Below are positions 53,255 through 64,000 of a DNA stretch of 64,000 nt, in pieces (position 1 is the stretch's first letter; each line of letters starts with the position of its first letter). The stretch comes from Callorhinchus milii (taxonomy: Eukaryota), in assembly GCF_018977255.1 (NCBI RefSeq), contig NW_024704742.1, positions 105,216,001 through 105,280,000 on the forward strand. Direction: 5' to 3'. The notes under the pieces are model-generated. The model was not told the DNA's origin and searched no databases. It was given only the letters and a program-made list of their open reading frames with translations. Both the position numbers and the translations under genes were made by a program.

Positions 53255-53420
53255 GTGGAGTCCTGTAGCTCAGCGGTTAGAGCATTCGCCTTGCAAGCGA
53301 GAGACCTGGGTTCGATTCCCAGCAGGGCGAAAAGTTAGGCAAATTTCCTAAGAACCTGGTTGTTAGTCAATTGGCGGATCGCTTTTCTGGGGGAAATAAT
53401 TCTTTCAAAAAGGTAAGTGA
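53255..53420 (+). mobile_element. tRNA-Ala SINE head (long form) with a near-intact cloverleaf
   Basis: GTCCTG/CAGGGC acceptor-like stem, GCTC/GAGC D stem, TGC anticodon and CTGGG/CCCAG T stem, followed by the SINE linker. Confidence 0.8.
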
Positions 53421-56400
53421 ACAAAGTTGCGTTAGAAAGAGATGCTGCCGATTTGGCTTATCGCCACCTTTCCCTTTTCCTCTCCCCCACCCAGTCACGC
53501 ACAGCCGCCAGTTATCTGAGTAAAGCGTTTTGAGACGTCCTCCCGACGTGAAAGACACTGTAAATTATTATTATTGTTGCCATTGTGTGCAAAAGAAGGG
53601 AAGCTAAGAGGTGTAAAGATGGAGTTTGGATTTACTTTTCCTGGGTGGTGGGAACATCCTGAACCTATTCTCTGAGAGGTACTGAAGAACAAATCCAGAA
53701 GGTGGTGCTGGCGTCACAAGTTTTCTACACAGTCTAATTCCCACACTGGTTCAGATTTTAGGATCGGAGACTGACTGGGTGTGCGGTGCATAGAATACAT
53801 TGTGTAGCAACAATCCTGTTGATGCGTGCTTTGAATTTTGTGAGCACTGGCAAATTGTTGACCCTTAACATGAATACACAAAACACATTTGCTCTTAAGT
53901 GATTAACCTAACAGCATAGGAATTATTGTGTGAATAATAATCCTACACTTATTCTCTCTCTTGTGTAGTAAATATATCAAATTAGGCAATTCACTTTGCT
54001 GAACTTCGAGAAGCTCAGGGTTTCGCACTTAATAATGACTTCCACAAAGTCCACCTTTGTGGTGTTTCTCACATGGAGATTGTTCATGATTTTATGATTT
54101 TAATAAATACAGAGCTTTGTATCTTTAGTACTTTCTTAGGGAAATTTGAAGACTTAAACTTCAGTGTAGGTTTGATGTGGTGTTGAGCCAAACAACAACA
54201 ATTTGCATTTATATAGAGCGCATGCAACAAGGTCCCATAATGGTCCAGGCAGCGTCTCAGATTTGATCTCTCATTTATGCAAAGTTAACCAACTTAATCA
54301 TTGGAATGGCAGAAATATTTCCCAAAAAGGATTTTGATTTTGATGTATTCTCACATCCCCCATATGGGTATTCTCTGCGTTTACACACTCATCCTGATTT
54401 TTGTGCTTTGTTATTCTGGGATGCTGTGTAAGGCAAGAAGATCAGAGCACAGGAGCTCATAGAAAATTCTGAATTTTAAAATTCACTGAGGTCAGAAAAT
54501 GGTTTCTGAGATGTGGAGAGGAACAATAAAGATTAAAAAAATTTTTTTTTGAAATTCTCTGCTGCTGATCCCTTCCCATTTGTAAGTTTCTCTTTTTGAA
54601 TGTTAGATCTTTCTATTATTTTTATTCTCACAGAAGGTTGGGATATTCTAGTTTTACAAAAGATGTCAGCACTGATCTGTGGTTGACTTGGTTGGCATCA
54701 TTGAGTGGGATTGGAAGGACTCTGCTCCAGGCCATTGCTTCCTCTTCACACACTTGAATCCAATTAAAATTGGCAGTGCTCACCTTTTGAGGGTAGTCAA
54801 GATGAGGTTTTAATTTTGGCCTCAGAATTGTGTTTCATCCATGTTACAGTAGCAGACAGGGAAGCTAATTGAGCTGAGGAAGCTTTTGGCACACCGGATG
54901 CTGGTTTTAGGTATGGAAGATAAAATATAAGCCTGATATATTATTGGATAAGAGAGCGAGGAGTGGAAATTCAGTACATGGTAAATTTATAAGCTTCATT
55001 CACGGTTTTGACATTAGGTATCGATGGAACATTTGTCATTTGAATTATATACGTGTTATACGGTCACAATAGATGTTGAAAGTGACCTCAGCAACTGGTT
55101 TGAATTCAATGTCCATGTCCAACAGGAGGGTGTTGTCACCATCATTCAGACGAGTTTGGAAAAGGTTTGACAATGAGACAGGTTTCAACATCAGCAGAGC
55201 TTTGTGCCCCAGCTTCCCTTTGGTGATATATTCATTTGATTGATTATACAGGAGATAATTTGTTACAGATGACAGTTTAATATCCCTGTAAACAGTGGGG
55301 GGCAGTGCAAGTAAATTTAATAAAAACGAACCTGTTATCTGTCATTAGATCAGAAACGTTTAATCATAAGACTGGATTTGCGAACATTGGAGAGGATTGA
55401 TCTCTGTTATTTGGCCAAGAGAATGACTTGTGATAAGTACATTAGAGCAGAGGTAGACAAGTACAAAGATAGTGAAGATCTCTTGAAGGCCAAGCTTGAC
55501 TGAGGGGATGAGTAATCACAAAGGGAATTAACAAGGACAGAATTATTTTTGTTTGGGGTTGATGGGTAGAATGTGGAATTTAATGCTACAAACCTTTGTT
55601 GAAGCAGAGTCCAGAAGTTTGTTTGAAAGGGAATCAAATACTTGAAAAAGAGTAATATTAAAGGGTATGGTAAGTGGGCAACAGGATTAGATCAAGTGAT
55701 ACATAGGCAAAAAAAACCTGCAAATGTGCAGACCTGTTTTGCAATATGTAACATTCTATCATTCTGTTAATGACAAAGCAGTGAGAACCATAATAATTGG
55801 TGGTGGAGATGGGGGAAGGGAAATGAAGACCTGGGCACAGTTGGTAGATGTTATAATATGAAATAAGATGTGAAATCCAGGCTTCAATGCTAAGATTGGG
55901 AATTGGGTTGAAGATGTATTCTGGGCTGTCCTGGCATTTGCGTAGGGAGCACGGTCGAGTCGAAATGGTGAACTTCAAGAGAAGGAGTGATGTTGAGGTG
56001 ATCTTAAAGGGAAGTGGGTGTCGCCAAGCTTTCCAACTGAAGTAAAGGAAAAGATACACTAAAAATTGGTGATGTTACGAAACAAATCATCAAAGATATC
56101 TTAGACAGTAATTATATTTAACTGAACCCTTGAGTGCAAGAAGAAAGAAACTGGAAAAAAGCTGGTTAGAATGTCAGCCTGGACCCTTCCGGAGGGGAGC
56201 ATCATTATTCTAGATATAATTAAGGTTAAACTTCTGAAAAATTTCCGAGCAGACTCAATAATTACAGTTTCTCCACAGGATAATCAGTCCTTCGAAGAGT
56301 GGGGGAGGGGGCTTGCATGATTTATGAAAAGGTGATCGAGCTAACATGAAAATTGGCAGGTCATAGAGGTGAGGATAGTGTACTCGGGGCAAATGACATT

Positions 56401-56884
56401 GAGTGATGGGATAGCTTAATGTTGAGGAACATTCTTTTTTGTTTTTTAAAGGAGAATGGTACTCTTGAGTGGAGTGAAGAACTGCAAAGGAAGAAGAATG
56501 AACTTGCATTTGTATAGCGCCTTATCATGTTGAAACTTCTGAGTGTTTACAGTATATGCTGGCAAAATGTATTACATAAGTACTTCCAGTTTCTTCTGGT
56601 AAGGATTTTTAGAAATGTTATGAAAAGAGAAATCTCAGCTCTTCAAGGCGAGGGAGGAACCCGGTGAAGGAATGATCTTTTGGTTCTCGAAGCCAGCAAA
56701 TCCTTGTATATATGTGCTATAAAAATGGTCTGGCTAATATTAAACTAGTTAAATGTATTTGTGATCTCGTGTCCATAATCTAGAACTGGGACTGTCCTCT
56801 GGTCGAGATTTTGTTAATTGGCCAAAGATGTCCCCAGTCACATAAATAACCCATCATAAAATGTCTTGTTGTCTGCAGGTTACT

Positions 56885-57237
56885 TACTTGCATTTCATAT
56901 TGTGCCTTATCACATCATTGAGACATTTCACAGAATACACTGTAAAGTGAATAGACTGTGTATTTTGTAGGTGAAACGCGGCAGCCAATTGCACACAGTT
57001 GTGTCCCACAAACAGTCGTGGATTGAGTGACCAAATTAATATAATATTTTTTAAAGGGATTATTACCCTGGAAAATGATCTGCCCATTGACCAACAATCG
57101 GGTTCTTACTTACTGCTAAGTAAATAGAGGTGTGTGGAGTAAGGAAACTTGCCGAAGATTTCGCCCTGCCCAAGAATTGAACCCGGGACCTCTCGCTTAT
57201 GAGTCGAATGTGCTACCAATACGCTACAGGATACATG
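56885..57237 (-). mobile_element. tRNA-derived SINE, long form, older
   Basis: Reverse complement matches the 46447 copy. Confidence 0.8.
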
Positions 57238-58589
57238 GAGTTATGTCCTGTACAGTTTATTTTTAAATATCAAATGGATTAAGTGGGTTGTTCATCTGTA
57301 TCTCTGTGAATTGGAAGATTAAGTTGTACTTTATAGTTTTTAAAATTGAAATTTTTGCTGTGTGAATTTTCTTTGCATTAACATCTTAGCTGAACATCTT
57401 TTCATGAAAAGACTGGCTTGTGTTAAAGAAGCATTCTTAATTCAGATTCTGATGATACAATCCGATTTATTTTATTGAGGGTGCTTATGCTTTTAATCTT
57501 TGACTTGGTAATAATAATTCCATTAAAACTTTCTTCTGATATATTCATAATGTGCATCTGTCATCCTTAAGTGAGGGAATATTTCAGGTCATCAGTTGTG
57601 AAGGTTGTTGCTGACCAAGTAAAACTATCAACTTAAATGCGCTTCACTGAAAAGGTCACTTTTACTCTCGAGATGATCTGCTCTGTTATGGTTTTTCAGA
57701 CGTACCAGCTGACAATAATGTAGAATATCCTTCCTGAGACTATTTGTTCAACAGGATTATTTTCGCCTTTTCAAAATTTGATTTGAATCGAAGTCCTGAG
57801 TCAGTGAGTGAACTGAAAGGTGCAGCTGCACTTTACTAGTTATTGTGAGACGCAATTCCTAGAAACAAGAATTCACTCGAGTCATGCTGTACGTGTGAAA
57901 GGATATTTACTCAACCAGCATAACTATGATGCCACATTTTTTCATCAAGGTGAATGATTTCAGTGCTGGGGAGATGGACACGTCCCCTGTTTTAGGCACC
58001 CATCGTCAATATTAAGCAAACACCGCTGCAGAGTAGAACTCCATTTACTCTGTCCAACAGTGTGACTTTATCCCAACTTTAGAAGTGCATCCACAAACAC
58101 ACCAGTGGGTAGTTAGTTTTTCATTGCTCACATCACCCATTTCAATGGGTGATTTCAGAGAGGAATTGAAAAGCAATGATCTGGCTCAGATCAGCTAACT
58201 TATCAGACAAACTATCAAATCTGAGTACTTTGGCCCCTCAAGCAGTACAAAAGACTCCTGGTTTGATTGCTGCTTTGGTGTCAACTTGTGCATTTTGCAA
58301 TGTTGGGGGAAGGAAAGGACTATCGTAGTGGAATTCTGCCCTCACCCAACATCAAGAGGTCAGTAAAATCTGAAGCAGGAGTGTTGGTTGATGATTTTCT
58401 CTCCCTAGAACCTGAAATCTGGACTAAGATAAACCCTTGTGCAAGACTGAAAGCTTTTTTCAGCGTTGTGACCCAATAAAGTTGTGTTCATTAAAAATAA
58501 CATAGCTGACATGTGTGAATCGGTGTGTTTTCATTTTTAAACCATTTTCTGTATAATGTTTCTAACATCTCCATGGGCCGGTTTTGATA

Positions 58590-59045
58590 TGCTCAAGCAT
58601 AGCAATGGGCATCAGGTTTGATACCCAGTTATTCTTGCTTCCCCATATCTCGTCCCTGACCAGGACCACTGTACTCCACCCCCGCCATATCACCACCTCC
58701 AACCAGATCTCATACCCAAGGCAGCTGAAAACCTCATCCATGCATTCATTATCTCCTGCTTCGATTTTTCCAACACCTTCCTCCCCAGTCTCCCCAGCTC
58801 CACCATTCATAAAATCCAATCAATTCAAAACTCCACTGTCCGTGTCCTCACCTGCACCAAACTACGCATCCCCATCACCCCAGTCCTTGCTAGGTTTCAC
58901 TAGGTTGCTGTTGCAGAACAGATAATTTTAAGTTTCTCACACACATACAAATCACTTAATTTCCCGGCACCTCCCTACTTCTCTGATCTCCTTACAGCCT
59001 GTTCCTCCTTTGCTCAGCTGGCTCTAGCCACCTGCATGTCTTTCT
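58590..59045 (+). mobile_element. Old L2 fragment
   Basis: MGIRFDTQLFLLPHISSLT motif; degraded. Confidence 0.7.
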
Positions 59046-59057
59046 TGGGAGGCCACC

Positions 59058-59170
59058 CTTGGTCAGTTCTGATGAAGGGTCGTGGACCCGAAACGTTGAC
59101 TCACTTTCCTTTCTCCATAGATGCTGCCTGATCTGCTGAGTTTTCCAAGCTCTCTCTATTTTTGTTCCAT
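59058..59170 (+). mobile_element. Penelope-like element terminal fragment with a minimal hammerhead motif
   Basis: CTGATGAAGGGTCGTGGACCCGAAACGTTGAC...AGATGCTGCCTGATCTGCTGAG resembles fish Penelope-like termini as recalled. Confidence 0.7.
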
Positions 59171-59577
59171 TGTTCTGGTTATCTGCTAAGTAAAAGAGAA
59201 CATACTGTGGCATTATTTTTCATTTTGTATCTGTAGCCTTTTGAGATTATTAAGAAAACAATATTATCACGCTTCAGTTTATATGTGCCTCAGAGTTAAA
59301 CAAAGATTTAACAATCTCACTTTATACAGAGTAAATTATCTACCTCAATTAAAACCATGGAAAATATTCATTGAAGAAGATTGTAGTGGTGGCTGTCAAA
59401 ATGTAAATAGATAGAATAATAGATAGTAAAGTATGATTTATATTTGTTCACACAAATTTAACTGAATAATTCACACATTACAGAATATCACCCAATTTTT
59501 TCCAAATTTGCAAATTAACAGTAAAAAGTGATCCTGCATAAATGGTGATAGTTTTGGAATTTGGGAATCTGATTATT

Positions 59578-59896
59578 GTGGAGTGCTGTAGCTCAGTGGT
59601 TAGAGCACTCGCTTTGCAAGCGAGAGACCTGAGTTCAATTCCAGGCAGAGGGCGAAACCTTGGGCAAGTTTCCTTACTCCACACAGAGCCTAATAATAAT
59701 CCCTCGAAAACAAAAAACAATAGTAAATTGGTCATTTTCAATCTACGACTGTTTATGGGACATTGCTGTGCACAACTGGCTGCCGCGTTCGCCCACAAAT
59801 ATACAGTCAATTCACTTTACAGTACATTCTGTGAAGCGCTTTGGGATGTCTAGAAGACGTGAAAAGCGCTATATCAAATGCAAGGATTATTATTAT
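59578..59896 (+). mobile_element. Young tRNA-Ala SINE, short form
   Basis: Full length; shares the CCACACAGAGCC variant with the 19694 and 38743 copies. Confidence 0.92.
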
Positions 59897-62710
59897 TTGT
59901 CAGACTGCATTGCAGTAGGCTCACATCATGTAACAGATAAATAATGTGACACATCTTCTGCTGTTTTCTTTGCTCAGGAAAAAATGTAGCACGTATGTCA
60001 GACAGGTAATCTAATATCTTCTGTTAGAGAAATTAAAATGGGCTGACTTTCATAGAATCATAGGAGTCTACAGCTAATTTAAGATGCGCCTTAAAAATGA
60101 TATGGCATTTCTTTATATATAATATGTATAATCTTGTGAGATCATTTTATATGTTGCAATCAACAACAAAGACGTTTCCTCTTTTTGGTTTAATTCTTTT
60201 GTTAAAAAAAAATTGTGTTTAGAATTCATTATTGTCTTGAGATGTTTTAGAGCTCCAGCATGTCTGGACTATTTGAGAGTCCAGTAATTTCAGTCTGTGT
60301 GAGACTCAGAACTAGTTATGTGCCACATGTGTCTAACCCCATCACCCAACCATGTTGTTAGTCTTTGGGGAAAAGCAAGAATCTGCCAGGAATTTAATTT
60401 GATTTCCAAAAGCGTAACAGTTCTGCAACATTCAATGACACAAAAATAGATCGCAAAGAGAGCCTCAGAGTAAATCAAGATCAATTTGGAAAAGAATGTG
60501 GATGAATTGAGGATGGGTGAGTAAAGCGAACTTCAGGCAATATGTCATTTCTCTCTGGAAGTCTCTCCCAATCCCTTCACTTTTAACCCCTTCTCTCCCT
60601 TCAATCAAACCCTCTAAAAAAAACCTTTATGTTATTTGATTAACTTCCTGAAATCTTTTTACGCTATTCAGTAGTCCACATGATTTTTGAGAAGTGCTTT
60701 GTATTTACACAAGTTATTTACACGCAAAGTACTGTATGCAATACAGTATAATACAATACAAATACAACTTATACTTATATAGTGCCTTTCACATCAAGAG
60801 GATGTCCCAAAGAACCTGACAATTCTGGCTGTGTACTGGAGGTGAGGGTGTGAGTTGAGGGTGTGAGGAGGGTTAGGATGACAAAGAACAGTCAAATAAC
60901 TACTCTTTTGAGATGTCTTGGAAAGAGGGAGGGAGGCAGTCGGAGGGAGCTGGGAATAGAGCTCCAGAGCCTGCGCAGGTGCGTGCGGCTGAAAGGCCAC
61001 CAGCCAATGGTGAATGGATACAGCGGGGGATGTATGTGTGTTGGAATTGCTCGCAGACAGACTTCAGCTCGAATGCTTAGACATTATTTTTGTAACCTGT
61101 GACCTTAAGATATCACGTCTAAGTTAGTTATTGAATTATTGAACTAAAAAAAACTCTTAATAAGAAAATAGTGTAAAATCGTAATAATGTGTTATGTGAA
61201 AGTCGTGAACACCAAGAGACGAAAATTACTTTATTTGCCAACGTCAATTCCCAAACATGTCTGATGGTAACACCAAGGTTTATTATATTTCTTTTGGTCA
61301 CTGGTACATGTGGAAACCCATCATCATATTCATGAGCATCTGAACCAGACTGAGAATTCCTGAGTCCGAATGTAAGTGCAGTATTTCCCCAGAGGGATGT
61401 ACCCTGCTTACCTAATTTAAAAAAGTCTGTGTGTATACAGCATTGTCCATATTAATTAGAAAAGTATCGTCTTCGCCAACAAAAGCAGCAACGATCTCAT
61501 TTACGATGTGGGAAGGAGTGTATCAGTGCTGGTCATCATTTCATCTCCACTGATAATATCTTGTTGCTGTGTAGAGCAATGTGTCCACTGTAATATCACC
61601 TATTATGTATATAGATTATTTTGTGACTCACATCTTTCAAATAATAAATCTACGTTAGTTATTCAGTTATTAAACTTATTAAAGATCTCTTAATGAACAA
61701 ATAGTCTAAAACCTTAATAATGAGTTATGTGAAAACCATGGACATAGAAAAGATAACTTGAGGAATTTTTGGAATGTAACTATTTTCAATGAGGTTATTC
61801 CAGAGTGAAAATGAATTACAACAACTACTTGCATTTATATGGCACCCTTCACGTAGCAAAATATAATAATAATAATCCTTGCATTTGATATTGCGCTTTT
61901 CATGCCCAATGTTTCGCCCTGCTGGGAATTGAACCCTGCTCCTCTTGCTTGCGAGGTGAGTGTTCTAACCACTAAGCGTCAGGTCTCCATAATTTGAAGG
62001 AGGTAGGGTGGATGAGACCATGGAGGGACTTAAATTCGAGAACAATTATCTTGAACTTGATCAGATTGAAGATCAGCTCTTTTACAAACCCAGTATTGTT
62101 TTTATGGCTTTTATCAACTCGCCCAAGTGACCAATGGCACGTGTAGGAGCTTTGGCCTTTTTCTCTCATATTACATTGATTTTTATGAAATTTTAAATTG
62201 GCTGTTATAGATTAGTGTACTTGCTTAATGGATTATGTACTTTCAGTGAGCGGTGAAACTTAAGGCTGGTTGAATAATGTATCCGCAATGGGGATGAATG
62301 AAAATTTGGGACTAAAAGAGAACGTGCTGATGGAGAACTGGAATTCATTTTGTGGGACAACTTTATTCTAATTATTTGTCATTACACTCGGAACCCATTT
62401 AATCGATAGTTCCATCGATAAATTATTTGCACTTGCTGTTTATGCGCCAAAATACAGTCTTCATTACATTTTTTTTCTCTCTCTGTGAGATATCTAAGTG
62501 CAAGTTTTGACGTAGTCAAGGTTCCAATCTACTACCGATGCCATGAGGAGCCATTGGGCATTCTTAACAGACTATCATTTTCTGCTCGGACTAACGATAA
62601 CAAAAACAACTTGCATTTATATTGCGCTCTTTACGTGTGGCAGTGTCTCGGAACACTTAATGACAATCCTTGCATTTGATATAGTGCCTTATCACATCAT
62701 TGAGATGCCT

Positions 62711-62920
62711 CAACAACAACAAGATTCCATTTATAGAGCGCCTTTCACGTCGGGAGGACGTCCCAAGGCACTGTACAGTTGGGTCAGGACCCGAGCAGGG
62801 GGGAAATGGTCAGGGTGAGGGGAGGGAAGGGAGGGAGCGAGGAGGGGGTAGAGAGTCGAGAGGGGAGCTGAAGGCACGGACAAAGAGAAAGGTCTTGAGA
62901 CCGGCCTTGAAGGAGGAAAG
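62711..62920 (-). mobile_element. Young L2 3' end
   Basis: Near-identical reverse complement of ~47553-47760. Confidence 0.9.
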
Positions 62921-63019
62921 AGTGTACATAGGAACAGGAGTAGGCCCTTCAGTCCCTCGAGCTTGTTCTGTCATTCTAATAGATCATGGCTGATCTACAC
63001 CTCAACTCAAATTTTTCCG

Positions 63020-63290
63020 TAGAATATATGTTGAAACGTGGATTGACTGTGTATTTTGTAATGATGCACGGAAGTGACCCACAAACAGTCGTAGATTTTT
63101 TTTCTCAAGGGATTATTACCCCCAGAGAGCGATCCACCAATTGACTAACAACCAGGTTCCTACTTACTGCTAGGTAATCAGAGGCTTGTGGAGTAACGAA
63201 ACTTGCCTAAGGTTTTGCTTCACTGGGAATCAAACCTGTGTCCTCTCGCGTGCGAGGTGAGCAGGATAACCACTATGCTATGGGTCTCCA
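63020..63290 (-). mobile_element. tRNA-derived SINE, long form, older
   Basis: Reverse complement of the head and long linker. Confidence 0.75.
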
Positions 63291-64000
63291 GCAAAATAGA
63301 ACTGCGAGGATGAATACAAGCTGCAGGCTCTTTCTACATACTGTTTTCTTTGGACTTTGAATCATTGGATTTATGATGAACGAGTGGTCACGATTGCAAT
63401 TTCAGCACTTCTGTTGGAAAATCCACTTACGCTCACTTTTGATTTAAACATATTCCTGATACTAAAGTAAACTGAGTTTCCGCACTACAAATGTATTAGA
63501 TTTGAAAACTTCATGAGATTCCCACCATGCAGTTTTGGGAGTTAAATGAAATCTTTCAGGAATCTGCACGCCTGACAGGCAGTATGCTGACATTTCTGAA
63601 TTGAATTTGTGCAGTTCCGCATCAAGGGCCTTCATTTTTCTCAGGTCTTTTGGCCTAACTTTCTGAGCCAAATTATCGAGCTACGGTACTTAAATTAGGA
63701 CTCCTGGGAGAGGGAGTGGGCAGTGGGCGAATAATTCTCTACTTGTTTGTGTATTCACAGACCTTGAAGTTGGTATGTGTAATATTCTGCAATAATATGG
63801 GCAGAATGCATTATTTGTAAATTTTACAATTTCAGCTTCCTAATAAAGGTATTAAGAAACTGAAGTTGGTGGTATTTCATAAACCAGTGAGTCCCATGTT
63901 TGGAAATACCAAAAACAAATTAATATTTGCCAGTTTGCTGTTGGATCAACCTGCCCATGCATAGCTTTTTTTATGAATAGGTGTCTGGTTAGAAGCAACC

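Noticed and set aside
53255..53335. tRNA-Ala(TGC) gene
   Set aside because: The cloverleaf continues into the SINE linker and the same head occurs in many diverged SINE copies; no immediate poly-T terminator.
50095..64000. Further FBXL17 exons
   Set aside because: No segment encoding the expected next LRR (recalled as ...DIHFGQCY...) was found by eye; it probably lies beyond the window.

Overview
Vertebrate genomic DNA, most likely from a cartilaginous fish (shark); the repeats are shark-type CR1, L2 and DeuSINE/SacSINE1-like elements. The only recognisable protein-coding gene is the 5' part of an FBXL17-family F-box/LRR gene on the + strand. It has three phase-0 coding exons (34921-35577, 43807-43929, 49837-50094) and a probable non-coding first exon ending at 27823; the remaining exons lie beyond the window. 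Its small CpG-rich promoter (~27590-27900) looks bidirectional and sits between tandem arrays prone to non-B DNA. Most other sequence is transposon-derived: nested CR1/L2/SINE insertions with visible target-site duplications (TSDs), a young chimeric tRNA-Ala SINE sharing its 3' stem-loop with the local L2, a decayed PNMA-like Gypsy gag, and a Penelope-like terminus carrying a minimal hammerhead ribozyme motif. Family assignments and comparisons with human FBXL17 come from recall, not database searches. Repeat boundaries are approximate unless a TSD is given.
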